64,000 nt of DNA from Octopus sinensis (GCF_006345805.1 NC_042997.1:94364001-94428000), one strand, 5' to 3'; shown: positions 13,986 to 27,545, counted from the first letter of the stretch. Notes: generated by a model not told the origin, from the letters alone. Numbers and translations are program-made.

Positions 13986-14411
13986 TGTGTATATATATCT
14001 GAGTGTTTCTGTACGTGTGTATGAGTGTGTGTGCATGTATGAATTAATGTATATAAATGTCTTGAATTGCATGTATTACATGTTTATATATGCATGTATT
14101 TATAACTACTCACGTACATTTGCACACACACACACGCATTCACATATTTGAATGGACATCTTACAAGTGTGCATATAAACATTTAAAGTTGGAGTGGCTG
14201 AGTAGATGAATGAGCTTGGACATGTGGTCATCCATCTGTATAGTACAATGTTAATATATACATCAATGTAAGTATATGTTACAGGTGCCTGTAAGTATAT
14301 AAAGTTATGAGTGTATTTCTGTGTGCGTGTGTTTGTGTGTATGTGTGTGTTTGTGTATTTGTGTGTTTGTGTATGTATGTATGTATACATGAATATATAT
14401 ATATATATATA

Positions 14412-15817
14412 TATGTTAATAAAATAGAACATATGCATATATATAAACATATATGTACGTACCTACCTCTACATGTACATATACACGCATATATGTGTAC
14501 AGGACACCAAAAAGACGTCGAACACATAGAGAGACGAAACACATAGACACAAACCAAGGAACAAGACAAGCAAAAAAAAGAGAGATACAGGAACAATAGC
14601 ACAACGAAAAATCCCCTTCTTCAGTCGCTAAGGTTTCATCTACTAAACGTTTCGAAGGATAAAGCGAGGACGTATACTTCGAAGAAAACTTCCTTCCCGC
14701 GAAAAGCAAATCAATTAAAATTCTGAGATCTTTTCGCAGAGGGTTAAAAAAAAAAAGGCAAGACGGTAACGACAGTACAACATATAAACAGTAAAAAATA
14801 TATATATAAACAGTGGAAAAATAAAAATATAACAGTGAGAGACAGGACAAGGAGAACAAGATAAGAAGGGCTGTTAACGCCAAACGAAAAAAGTATTGCA
14901 AACGCGGATTATCGTGGACGACGAGAGAGAGAAAATGTGTCGACCAGTAGCCTTAGAAGGCGGGCGAGAAAAGACAGGATAGCAGTTACGACGGAAGTAT
15001 CGTCGCAGATGGACGACGGGAATGGGGGAGGAGGAGAGAGGAAGAGAGAGAAGAAGGGGAATGGTGCGAGGAGACCATGAAGAATGGTGAAAGGGAGAGA
15101 GAGAATGAAGAATGAGAGAGAGAGGAGAGGAGACGACAAGTTAAGTGAGGGAAAAAAGACGAAAAAGGGAATGGGAGAGAAAGAAAGAAAGATGCAGAGT
15201 CGCGTGAGAGTTAATATCAAGGCTAACTTGATAAACAGAACAATCTTACTTAATAGGGTGCGTGCGTTTAGTCGTTAATATGTTAATAAAATAGAACATA
15301 TGCATATATTAAACATATATGTACGTACCTACCTCTACATGTACATATACACGCATATATGTGTACAGGACACCAAAAAGACGTCGAACACATAGAGAGA
15401 CGAAACACATAGACACAAACCAAGGAACAAGACAAGCAAAAAAAGAGAGATACAGGACAATAAGCACAACGAAAAATCCCCTTCTTCAGTCGCTAAGGTT
15501 TCATCTACTAAACGTTTCGAAGGATAAAAGCGAGACGTATACTTCGAAGAAAGAAACTTCCTTCCCGCGAAAGGCAAATCAATTAAAATTCTGAGATCTT
15601 TTCGCAGAGGGGTAAAAAAAAAAGGCAAGACGGTAACGACAGTACAAACATATAACAGTAAAAAATATATAATATAAACAGTGGAAAAATAAAAATATAA
15701 CAGTGAGAGACAGGACAAGGAGAACAAGATAAGAAGGGCTGTTAACGCCAAACGAAAAAAGTATTGCAAACGCTGGATTATCGTGGACGACGAGAGAGAG
15801 AAAAGTGTCGACCAGTA

Positions 15818-15820
<3 letters not shown>
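14412..15820 (-). repeat. Tandem (about 868-bp period) copies of a non-coding family X-related repeat
   Basis: atgttaataaaatagaacatatgcatat recurs at about 14412 and 15280; copies nearly identical; second copy truncated at (TA)n. Confidence 0.9.
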
Positions 15821-15849
<29 letters not shown>

Positions 15850-15854
<5 letters not shown>

Positions 15855-16918
15855 TAATCCAAACAAGAAAACAAAAAAGACAACAACGCAAGGAGGTGGA
15901 ACAATTAAAGTATTATTAGGCGCTCAGGAAAAAAAGGAAGAAGGAGGGTATGACATTTCGAGCGGAGCTCTTCGTCGGAAACATAGGAGAAAGAAAGATC
16001 CCGAGGTGGGAGGACAGAGGGAAAAAAATGCGAGTGGTCTCACGAGGTTAACATACTGGAAAGGCGGAAATAGTAAACAAGAGAGTGTGGGTTTTCAAAG
16101 ACAAGAGAGCGGAAAAAGAAGGAAGGTAAACAAACAGTGTGCGGGAGTGTGTGTGTGAGTGTGTGCGTGTGTGTGTATGTATGTATATGTTGGGCGAAAG
16201 CTGGGGCAACAGCAGTAGCAACAATGTGAGAGATGACAGGGGTGTGTATGTGAGTGTGTGCGTGTGTGTGTATGTGTGTATAGGTGGGCTAGGGCGAAGG
16301 CTAGCAAGTGACAGGGCTAGGGCGAAGGCTAGCAAGTGACAGGTCAGAAACACGAAGGAATGTGTGTGTGCTTGTATATGTCTCGTGTGTGTGTTTTAGT
16401 TGTAGTATGTGTGTGTGCGTGTGCGTTTTTTTGTGTGTAGGTGAGTAACTGTGCTTAACTAAGTGTATGTGTGTGTGGGGGGTGCTTATATGTGCGTATA
16501 TGTATGATTGTGTGCATGTATGTGTACGTGCGTATGTGTGCGCATGTTTTGGTGTGCGTATGTATGTGTGTGTCTGTGCTTATATGTGTGTACGTAGGTG
16601 TATGTGTGCGTGCGCGTGGAGGTATATGTTGTGTGTATGTATGTGTCGGTGTGTATGTGAGTTCGTGTGTGTTTGTACGTGTGTAAGTGTTTGTGCGTGT
16701 ATTGTATATATATATGTAAATGTGTGTGTGTGAGTGCGTGGGAGTGAATGTATGTATGTATGTGCGTGTGTGTACAAAAAGTAGGGGTATTATATGTGTG
16801 TTTATATGTTTAGGTGTGTGTATATATATGCATGCAAGGAAACACTTCGCAACTGAAGGAATGATGGAAAAATACTCCCGTGGTGACAGGCGTAAGAGAA
16901 ACCCAGAACGCGCCGGCC

Positions 16919-16920
<2 letters not shown>
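15850..16920 (-). mobile_element. Non-autonomous PLE-like element with internal microsatellites and a 3' hammerhead-like motif
   Basis: (TA)n flanks; GC-rich 5' end ggggccggcgcg; 28-bp tandem duplication at 16286-16341; 3' tail ttcctgagcg..aatac shared with the tail at 42840-42880. Confidence 0.55.
15947..15985 (-). ncRNA. Hammerhead-topology motif with CCGACGA core
   Basis: ttt-CCGACGA-a-GAGC/tcc/GCTC-GAA-ATGT-C-ata; stems I and III partly decayed. Confidence 0.5.
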
Positions 16921-16952
<32 letters not shown>

Positions 16953-17266
16953 GAGTATATGTATGTATGTATGTAATATGCATGCATATTTCAAGATTTA
17001 TATATTTTCAAGTATTTCTATCAATTTAAAGCCTTATATATCATCCAGATTCATTTATGTAGATGGAAAAATATGCAGTTACATGCATAAAATTTCTCTA
17101 CAGTTCTGTAATAGAATTCTAAATTGCCCCGATGAAAAAAGATAAGTAAACTGAAATTATTATTTATAGCAATATAAACTCAATCAATAACTTCATCAAA
17201 TCGTAAATGAAAATATGTCATAATAGAAAGCTAATAACACTACAGATTTATTAATATTCTTTCCTT

Positions 17267-17408
17267 AACAATGTAATAGCACAAAAGCAACTTCATATAT
17301 AAGAAGATATATCATTACCTAAGTATGACCTACATGTAACAATGTAATAGCACAAAAGCAACTTCATATATAAGAAGATATATCATTACCTAAGTATGAC
17401 CTACATGT
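17267..17408. repeat. Perfect 71-bp tandem duplication
   Basis: aacaatgtaatagcac...gacctacatgt x2. Confidence 0.95.
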
Positions 17409-17426
17409 TTACTCCTTTAGTGGGTG

Positions 17427-17690
17427 TCAGAGAAAGAGAGGAGAGGAGGGGGCAGAGGAAGAGGGGGGGCGAGGGGAGTTGAGCCCATGTGATGCAAAGG
17501 AGCGAAGAGAGAAGATTAATACCTTTTCACGGCGAAGGCGGGAGTCCGGATGGCCTCTCTGCAAAGACAATCCAAACACAGACAGGTGTTGTAATGAATG
17601 ACCGGTTGAGCAGAAATGACGCGAGACCGGGGTTTCGTTGCTGAGTCTAATGCCTCGGAGGTGCTCTGCGAACCAAGCACATAAATGTGA
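17427..17690 (-). mobile_element. PLE GIY-YIG C-terminal fragment
   Basis: AEHLRGIR..TPVSRHFCSTGHSLQHLSVFGL...RREKVLIFSLRSFASHGLN; clearly similar at DNA level to 42060-42190. Confidence 0.8.
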
Positions 17691-18784
17691 AACAAGATAC
17701 GAAAAAATAGTGCTCGAATACCGAGGTAAATATTTTTGTGATGTTTTCGAAGCTTTAATATTAATAAAGTGTTGCCAATATGATTTGAAGAAATAGTTGC
17801 TGCTCCAGTTCACCATGAAACTTGTGACATTTTCATAGAGTAAGTAAAAAAAAAATGTTAGCTGATATGGCCAGTTACAACAGTTTCCAAATCTTCTCGC
17901 CATTGTGTTGCAATAATTAAGTAGGATGTAATCCGACCAAGTATAACATTTACTTATCCTTGGAGATATTGTAGCCAATGAGCTGGAAGCATACAGTACG
18001 AAATCAACATTTCTTGAACCGAATCCACTTAATGTTATCTGAAATCACGTCTTATATGAAAGCTACAACATAGATTTCTAAACAAGATTTTACTCTTCAT
18101 TCCGACTTTTCTTTTACTTATCTGAAAATATTGAATCAACTTTGATATAGATAGATTGATATACAGTTAATTGTCAGTCGACAGTAAACAATTGGCATTG
18201 TGAATTATCAAAAGAATAAGATATTTCCGGATATTGCTTTTCTGCAAGTGTCTTTGAAAAGGAAATGGATAAATTTCTTTGAAAATGTATACAACGTAAA
18301 ACAAGAATGAAGAACACAGGATTCAGACGTGCGCGACATGTATATAATTGTTAGCAAAGCAACGTACACTGAACACATATAAATATGACAATGCTTTCAA
18401 TAAAATATATTCAAAAAACACATTATGATGCATATCATAGATCTGTTTAGATATAATTAAATCTTCAATTTATAATTTTACGCTTGATAAAATGACACCT
18501 GAAGCTAAACCGAAATATGTTTTAACAAAATTCTCTCCAACGACAAGTAACTGATACAACTCATATATGAATTTAATTGAATACTTCTCTCAATAACTAA
18601 ACAATGCCCCATGTAAGGACGAATTAATAACAGTGCCTCCGTTTTGTCATTCAGCTTGATAGAATTTTGCTCTGAAATATCTCTCAAATCCCATTTTACT
18701 TTTTGAGAAAGGAATAACTTAGAGAGGAAACTTAGTTACTACATGAAAGGACTGAATTAGTGGAAGTATATTTTCCACATAGTG

Positions 18785-19100
18785 AAGACGCGTGGCTTAG
18801 TGATTAGGATACTCGATTTACGAACGTAAGTTCAATTCCCAGTGACACGTTGTATCCTTGAGCAAGACACTTTATTTCACGTTGCTGCAGTCCACTCAGC
18901 TGGCAAAATTGAGTAGTACCTGTATTTCAAAGGCTCAGCCTCGTCACACTCTCTGTCATGCTGTGACTACCGTAAGAACTACGTTAGGGGTACAGGTATT
19001 TGTGGAGTGCTGAGCCACTTGCACGTTAAAATCACAAGCAGGCTACTCCGTTGATCGGAAAAACTGCAACTCTCGTCGTCATAACTGACGGAGTTCCAGT
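18785..19100 (+). mobile_element. tRNA-derived SINE family C (conserved CORE/Meta-like central domain)
   Basis: gcgtggcttagtg..gttcaattccc..ccttgagcaagacactttatttcacgttgctgcagtccactcagctggcaaaa. Confidence 0.75.
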
Positions 19101-19984
19101 AGTAGTATTTTCTATATATATATATATATATTCACCAAGAGAGATAATTTTGGTATATTATTATCCACTTTGTTCCAAGATGACTACTGTATTATTTCAT
19201 AATTGTTTCCTAAATATTGAATATTTTCCATATTAGAGTTCAACATTTTCTTTCTAAACAATCTATCTGGTTGTCACATTTGTTTTCTTTTTATTGTAGT
19301 AATCCGTCTTAATTTCTTTAGCATTGAAGTAGAAAATTTGATGGAGACTCAGACAGAATGTTTTCAGATAGTGATTATTATGTTGATAATATCAGTGTGA
19401 CGCTTCATGCCTTGAATGTTCTTCATTGTAATTAAGTCTACACAAAGTTGTCACGAGATAGATATAGGAAAACTTCGTGATTCATGTTAAGTAAAGCTTC
19501 TTGATGCAAATGAATATACACTGGGCTAAATTTAGTATGGCGTCACCAATCGGGTATCAATTGTATTTACATTCTATGATTTATATAGGGAAGGTGCATA
19601 GCTGCAATATTTGTCGCTACAGCAAAAATAAAAATAAAAGTTCGTTCATTATTGAAGATAAAAAAAAATTATCGCATTTATTTTATCCAAATCCTGTATG
19701 ATGGGTATCTGTAATGGCAAAACCCCTGTAGAAGCGAGTAGAAACAATGAATTTTATGGTATAAGATTTGCGATAATGTTATCACTTCGTCCCCAAATTA
19801 ATTATCAATTACTAATTGACCCGTAATTTTCTTTTACTACGATATAAAATCGAATCAATTTAATGTTGATCTTAGTGATTAGGTGAGATAATTCGATATT
19901 TTTTACTTGGAAACTGAAGGTCTTGTTTCAGAAGATAATATGATTCGAACAAGTGAGGCAGTGAACAGGAAGAATCATTAACTC

Positions 19985-20165
19985 ACCGGACAAAATGTTC
20001 ATCGGCATTTCGCCCGTCTTCACATTCCGAGCTCGAATTCCGCCGATATCGACTTTGCCTTTATCATTAAATATCACTAAAGCTCTGGGGTCCATGTAAT
20101 CGACTTACACCATTATCCAAAATTGCTGGTCTTGTGACAAAATTTGAAATGAGGATGATTTGAAA
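19985..20165 (+). mobile_element. Degenerate SINE family A
   Basis: gaattccgccgatatcgactttgcctttatc...ggggtccatgtaatcgactta. Confidence 0.7.
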
Positions 20166-20324
20166 AAGTCTCACTGAGGCCATGCAATTATCTTAGTATG
20201 AAAAAAACCCACTAAATTTTCCTAAAACAGGTGATCCAAAATAATTTAGTTCAGTTAATATTACAAATTACAACAGGCAGAATTATATTTCTGAAAATAA
20301 TTGAGCACGTTCTCTGAAAATGAT

Positions 20325-20698
20325 AAGGCGGCGAGCTGGCAGAAACGTTAGCACGCCGGTCGAAATGCGTAGCCGTATTTCGTCTGCCGTTACGTTCTGT
20401 GTTAAAATTCCGCCGGGAATCGATAAATTAAGTACCACTTACGCACTGGGATCGATGTAATCGACTTAATCTGTTTGTCTGTCCTTGTTTGTCCCCTCTA
20501 TGTTTAGCCCCTTGTCGGTAATAAAGAAACAGGTATTCCGTCTGTCTTTATGTTCTGAGTTCAAATTCCAGCGAGGTCGACTTTACCATTTATCTTTTCG
20601 GGGTCAATAAATTAAGTATCAGTTGCGTACTGGGGTCGATCTAATCGACTAGCCCCCTCCTCCAATATTTTGGGCCTTGTGCCTAGAGTAGCAAAGGT
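20325..20698 (+). mobile_element. SINE family A dimer
   Basis: aaggcggcgagctggcagaaacgttagcacgccgg head; second unit starts near the B box (gttctgagttcaaattcc). Confidence 0.9.
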
Positions 20699-20899
20699 TC
20701 TTTGTAAATGACATAGATAAAGCCTTAATTCATGAAGAGTATGTAGGTAGTGGCGAGAAACGTGTTAAAATTCTAGATATAAGGTAAATACTACTCTAAA
20801 ACTGATGGCATTATCAGGCAAGTTATTCAATCGACTTAAGTGTGTGTTACATACGGAAGAATGATCTTTTATTAATTTTGAGGATGTTACTGGTGGGCA

Positions 20900-22350
20900 T
20901 AGAAAGATAAAGGAGTGTATACCCATAGATCCTTTAGTTAGGAGAAATGTAGATGCAAACGATCTAAGAATACGAAAGTCTATAGAAGTTATATTGCCCA
21001 TCATTTATACAACATATCGCCGCTTCTGTAATGTCATAACAGGGTGTCACATTTTAAAGATGTGCAATACAAAAAATAATTTGCAGAAATAAATCTGATA
21101 TTAATATCAAAACCAGTGGCCCGATTATGATGTGTCGACGGATATAAGTGCAAAGGTTATATTAAGTATATTTACACAAGGCGGTCACCCAAAATTGTAT
21201 TTGAGAAGAGCCTGAAAAACAGCTGAAATAAGAGATTCAGCTACTGAAATTCAAGATTTGGCGATTACAAAATGCACTTATAGAGCAAGATATTTAATGT
21301 TTAAATAAATATTGGTCTTGTAACATTTGCTACAAAAATGCATTTTTAGATAATACTTCGACTTATGAACAGTAGCCTAAGGACTTACTTGGATTTTAAC
21401 AGTGTTTGTTTTGGAATGTATTATGTATAAAGTACTTATAAGACTATATACTACCTGTTCATGTATTGTAAAAAAATTGAATGTAATGATAATATTAATG
21501 TGGATAAAAATTATCTTGGTAATATTAACTTTTGACATCCATCTTGTAGAAAAGGATAAGGAAACTACAAACAACAATATTGTAGTATTATTTGGTATAT
21601 TAGCAACATTTTACTGATAACTGGAATTACGTTGATAATTCATGATGAACTCTTGTGAAATTAAGAATTTATTCTTCAGTCAACTTGTTTCAGAATATTG
21701 ATAATAAAAGCTTTTCGTGGTGAAGTTCACTTGACTCAACCGAAATAAAATACGAGTTGAAGTTAAAAGCATGGTGACTCAGTTAAATGATGATGTAGAA
21801 TTTTATGTAAGATGCCTGACAACTGTTAGAATAAAATCTTGAATTACTTTAAATACTGCATACACAGGCTAAGGGTATTAAAACTTATGTACATGTACAT
21901 ATTGATTTAGAATTGTGGTTAATACGTACTGACGCATATTTCGATTGGTCAGAAGTTATGGGAGTTACGAACAAAGAGATACTAAAGTAGGTGTTGAGAA
22001 ATGCGTTTTCCGGAAATGGCGTTCTAGAAACATTAATGTCTGAAAATGCTTGTGAATATTATGGCACTGTTTTATGTATGGTGCTTAACAAGATTGCATG
22101 TAAATCTGTAAAAACACCTCTATATCATTCCGAATCAGTTGAAGTAGCTGAAGGAGTGCTCATGATTGTTAAAATAAAATCAAAATTATATTCACCAAGT
22201 AATGGTTCTATTAATGCGTATCTCAGTCGCAAGCATTTAGAGATATCGGACAATCATTTATAAAAGACATCTTTGTCCACCTGCTTTGATGGGCAAACAA
22301 ATACGATCATTATTATCAATGGCTCACCACGAACTACAGCACGCTAGATT
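20900..22350 (+). pseudogene. Highly decayed Ty3/Gypsy pol (RT-connection, RNase H, integrase)
   Basis: RNase H-like VSTDISAK...QGGHPK...KTAEIRDSATEIQDLAI; integrase-like IRTDAYFDWSEV...VLRNAFSGNGVLETLMSENA...KTPLYHSES.EVAEGVLMIVK; RH precedes IN. Confidence 0.7.
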
Positions 22351-23239
22351 TACATCCAATGACAATGATAGTGAACAACGTTTAGAATCAGCCTGTCAAG
22401 TTTAGAATAAAATTTCTAATTCTATTAACATGTGTTAGCTGAGAAATGAACAAGCATAGCAAGAGATGCTGGATGTGATTCTTAGATGAGAATGCCAATT
22501 AAACCAATTCATTTGCGGTAATTATGATATTGTCTTCCTACTATTATGGTAGCATTGCACACGGCTGTATGTTGAAAGAATAATTAAAGAGCCGAATAAA
22601 ATTACTTCCGGTTTTTATTAATGCCTCTACATCCTGTGTCCAAGTCTCGCTGATGTCAACTTTGCTTTCATTGTTTTTTTTTTGTGGTTGATAAAATAAA
22701 GTACCCTTTAATTACTAGTGTCGATGAACTCCATTGCTCCGTTCCCTAAATATTGTTGGCCTCGTACCTAAATCAGCTATTATTATTGTAGCATTAGAAC
22801 ACATATTTGTCGGAGAGATTGCTTGCAGTATTTTTGAGGCCATAACTTTACTCTGGATAAAATTAGTAAGACACAAGAAGCAGATTTAGTTATTTCTAAC
22901 TTTGGTGCAAAGTTTAAAGTCTGGCGAAGAGTTGTTGACTATTAAATTCACTTTCGGTATAAGTTAAAACGGCTCCAGTAAGATTTGAATGGAATTGGGA
23001 AGGGTTTGAAGTCGTAGCCGAGGAAAAGCTAGCTGAAACTGAGTACTGGAAGCCATCTGATTATTAGAAAAGAGTTGACTGTATCATGATGATTAACGCT
23101 GGGTATCAAAATGACCACAGCATGACTGCCGCTCAATTCTCTTTCAACACTGTAAAGGCTCTAAGTTGTGGCATTGACAGTTGCAACGAAAACTACAAAG
23201 CTGTGGCTCGCAGGAAATGATACATAGGGCGTTCTGATT

Positions 23240-23770
23240 GTGTCTGCGGTGGAAATTCTTCCAACAATTCCAGTATAAGGTCTTAGGTTGACTTTAGACG
23301 GCAATGTGAAACTGATAGAGACTGTGATCAATCTCTGGCTTGAGAGGGTTACTACTGGAAGGGCATATGTGTGGTAACAAGATTCGGAAGTTTGTCATAC
23401 CCACGGAAAGTGTCAGAAGTGGTTGGCGAAGAATTTCTATGGCTTCACTAGTCTCAGGTTTTGGCCTCCTAATTGGCCTGACTATAATCACATAAATAGC
23501 TATGTGTGGGGCGTAGTTGGGAACGACACTAACCACTCTACCTACAACACCAGGGGCGAGCTGGTGACCAAGTTGAAGGAAGAATAAACTTCTTAAGTCT
23601 TGAGGCCGTAGTGGAAGCTAAGATTGGATATTTTGAGTGAACCGCCATGCCCCAGCCATGCACTATTTCATATTGTTTGATTTTTTCAAAGTACTTTTAT
23701 TTGTGAATGAGATATTGAGTTTTCATTTCCTTTTATGCAAACTGTCACATTTAGCCCGAACACCATGCAT
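23240..23770 (+). mobile_element. Tc1/mariner transposase 3' relic
   Basis: QDSEVCHT..KCQKWLAKNF..FWPPNWPDYNHINSYVWG resembles QDSAPCHT / WPPNSPDxNPxD motifs; TIR-like end near 23745-23770. Confidence 0.75.
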
Positions 23771-24697
23771 AACAAAAGCAACAACAATATGTTTTACAAA
23801 TCAATGATGTCTACTCCAATGATAAATCGAACACGACGCATATAGAAGTCGATAACATAGAAAGCTACATGTCGAGTGGTCAGAATTTCTAGTTCTGCCA
23901 ATTTCCTTTCTGTTATGTCTACTTCCCTCTTAGTTATATCCCACAACTGTCACTATAACAACACTTTGGAACTGTATGTGATTTCCTAGATTGATTCATA
24001 GAGTTGAAATACTTCCGAATGGAAACGTAACTGCGAGGGACACGTACAGTGTGAAGAAGATTTGTCTCTCAATCCATTAGCCGTTGTATATGAAGTTTAA
24101 TGCAGAGGCTTTATGGATGAATGTGACGCGGAAATGCATTAGCAATAATCACTAATCTCATTTTAAAGCCTTTCTGCTTCTGAAACCTTCTATAATGTAT
24201 ATTGCTGTAGCAATACATTACCTATATATCACATAAAATTAACTTTTAATCTAATGCTGTTTCATGTAAAACAAAACAAAACAAGAAAAAAACAAACAAG
24301 AACGAAGGAAATCAAAACAATCTGCATTATGTAATACTATGATATATATAAACACGCTAAATAGTTACAACATAAGTGTTATTATAGTAATTTGATGGAG
24401 CAATTTTTTATATCAGTGAAAGATATACAGAGAAAACGAACCTCTCCTATATACAAACATACATACATGCATACACGCACACACACACAAATACACACAC
24501 ACACACATACACACACACATATGTCCAGTCATAGAGTCACAGACTCTAAAGACTGACGAATCTTCGATAAGGCTAAGCTCCTTACGAATGCGCAACCATT
24601 GGTGACTCTCTAACCCCATATATACTTAGCTGCATATAGATACATTACTGCTCTATGCTTTAGAGTCTGCTTCTTTTCCGAGTATATGATAAATTGA

Positions 24698-24747
<50 letters not shown>

Positions 24748-25139
24748 ATTTGTGTGTAGAACTAGAGGTACTACGACTACAACAGTTATGTTAAGAGTTC
24801 CAGGTATATTATCATGATCCAGTCTGCTTCGGGCATAGTTGCTAGTTTACTTCAATACTGAGTAGTACTATTAATTCTGAGCTACAGAGCAGATATAAGA
24901 GAAATAAAGTTATAGTTTTCTGTAACAAAGCTATAAAATATTATCTGATTTTCCTTTGATGTAATGTTAACCATGCAGTTGGAGCACTTATTGCAGTGCT
25001 CCAAACAGACATAGTGGTGAAACTCAAGCAGGAACTATGATGTATATATATATATACAACTTATAAACAAGGGAAACTGACAAAATATATGGTGGCAACT
25101 GATAAAATTTTTTCGAAAATATTTTCCTATATTAGATAT

Positions 25140-25184
25140 ATATATGTATGTATGTATAAATATACATATATGTATGTATGTATG

Positions 25185-25279
<95 letters not shown>

Positions 25280-25354
25280 ATATATATATATATATATACA
25301 TATGTATGTCTATATATATATGCATGTATACACACGCACGCACACATATGTCTA

Positions 25355-25419
<65 letters not shown>

Positions 25420-25420
25420 T
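25140..25420. repeat. (TATG)/(TATC)n/(TC)n/(TA)n compound microsatellite
   Basis: Visible. Confidence 0.95.
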
Positions 25421-25429
25421 GTTTTATTG

Positions 25430-25590
25430 TTTTACTTGTTTCAGTCATTTGACTGCGGCCATATTAGTGCACCGCCTTTTATTCGAAGAAATCGAGACCA
25501 GAACTTATTCATTGTAAATTCGGTATTTATTATAACAGTCTCTTTTGCCAAATCTGCAAGTTACGTAAACACACCAACAACGGTTGTCAA
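25430..25590 (-). mobile_element. SINE family B, 3' portion
   Basis: Reverse complement of the tail gcttgacaaccg...gcagtcaaatgactgaaacaagtaaaa. Confidence 0.85.
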
Positions 25591-25746
25591 GCATGTATAT
25601 ATATATATTGCAAGATTCATGATGTGAAAGCGTGTGCTGAAACATATTGTTATATTTCGGGACGGTAATTTTTTTTTGCCAAATAAACACACGAACTATT
25701 CGTTCTTCGCTCGTTCATTACTGTTCTTATTGTAATTGATATCTAT

Positions 25747-25791
25747 TGTCCGGATAATTTTCGTCACACATCTGTGACCTCTTCAGCGACA
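25747..25791 (-). ncRNA. Type I hammerhead-like motif
   Basis: tgtcg-CTGAAGA-g-GTCACA/gatg/TGTGAC-GAA-AATTAT-C-cggaca; stem III weak. Confidence 0.55.
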
Positions 25792-27545
25792 TTTCCGGTC
25801 CTCATGTATACTCCTGCTCCGCTTAGTCCGTTCTGTCCTCAAAGAATATATACATTTGTATACACACACACACACACATATATATATATTTATATATACG
25901 TACATATATATAAAATTTTAATTCAAAATGAAACAAACAGGTTTTAATCGGAACATTATAACTGTTACTGTGCATTAGTATCAGCTGGTAATTGCTGAGT
26001 ACTTTACATATTACATACATTATATCATTAATACGATTCGGTAACAGACGTGTGCTAGCGCGTCTTCAGGTGAGTGGTTTCAAGAACTGCCTGATTATCT
26101 ATTTTTCTAATATATGAAAAACTCAGCTATTACCAGGTGATACTAACTGTACTGAAACAATTAAAACGACCTGGATTAAAGGCTGTTCCTTTCATTATCT
26201 ATAACTTAAATTTTTGCATGAATTCCGCAGATATTAATCGTTTTTCACATGTATGTCAAATAAAATTGGAAATCCTGTGTATTAAAGCATGTGGCAGTAG
26301 ATAGCTATAGAGGTGCTTCGGAAATCACGCTGTGAGGGTATTACCCAGATGATATCAGACCCAAGTCCTTACCCAAGATTCTTACCACACAACCACATAC
26401 ATAGAATGTTTATAGTAACAGTACACTCGAATAGTCAGCAACTACTCTTGTGATATAGAGTATGATGTAGAAATTGAAAGTGTAAAGGTTTATCCGAAGC
26501 AGATATAAATAATACTGTGATACGTTAACCCAAATTACGAATATGATAGAAAATGGCAAACTTCAATTTTGTACCCAATTGTCAATTTCGCGTTTACTCT
26601 GTCAATCACATAAGTTATCGCGCTGATGCTGAACTCATTGTGAGTAGAAATCGAAGTTAAGAGAACGTGAAGAAAACAATACCAGCAACATACAGATAGG
26701 AGATTATCAGAAAATAATCAGAGTATCTATTGATTGGTGATATCGACTAAAACAATAGTTGACAGATGCAACATTTTAGAGTTCCACGGAACTCTGACAT
26801 GCGTGAAAATAAGATTGAAAAAAAAAAACTGATGTAATCGAAATATGAAAATTACTGCTGTCTTTCAACAGGAGTGGTAAAATAACGTAAGATTGCAGTA
26901 AATAGACGTCAAAACCTATTATGCTGGTTTTCCAGCTAAATGGACTCAACATTGTTCTTTTGTGTTCGTTGCATGCATTGCACTATAGAAGCAGTGTAGG
27001 CCAAATTACTTTTCGTTTCAGCATCAGATGCCTGACAGTGTAATATAGAAAACCTATATTACAGTTCCAAACGAAATACTACAACATGCTTATACAAAGA
27101 ATATCTCGAGATAATTTATGCATTATTTCTGAAGACTCAGAAAAGACAATGGTGCCTACAATATAGAACACAATAGTTTTTTCCATAGAGTTCAATATTG
27201 ACCTATTTTAATTTAGGTTAGTAACCATATTGTCTCTGCTTTTTACCTTACAATGATTAACAAAGGCATTAACTTACCTATAATATTCCTTGTGATATTT
27301 GTCCTGTGTTCAGATCTTACAGAGATCTATTTTAGTTTTCACTTTAACTGTCCAGCAAAAAAAAAAACGCACCGTCAGTTTACAGTTGTCAGTTTAATCG
27401 ACTGAAGCTGCCTCCCAAATTTTCGACATTCAGGTTGGATTTCAACATCATCTTCACCCTTTTTTGTACGCCTCGCTGATCTTGACTTTCATTTCTCTGT
27501 GTGGAATGTCATCCAGCTCTAAAATTCCTAAATATTCCTAAATAT

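Noticed and set aside
17267-17408. 71-bp perfect duplication as a CRISPR-like or functional array
   Set aside because: Two adjacent units with no spacer; ordinary slippage or assembly duplication. No CRISPR array anywhere in the window
24552-24598. CTGACGA...GAATGCGCA hammerhead-like words
   Set aside because: Six extra nt before stem II, A15.1 missing, no stem I
26030-26075. Minus-strand CTGAAGA with a nearby hairpin
   Set aside because: No GAAA in register and no stem I or III
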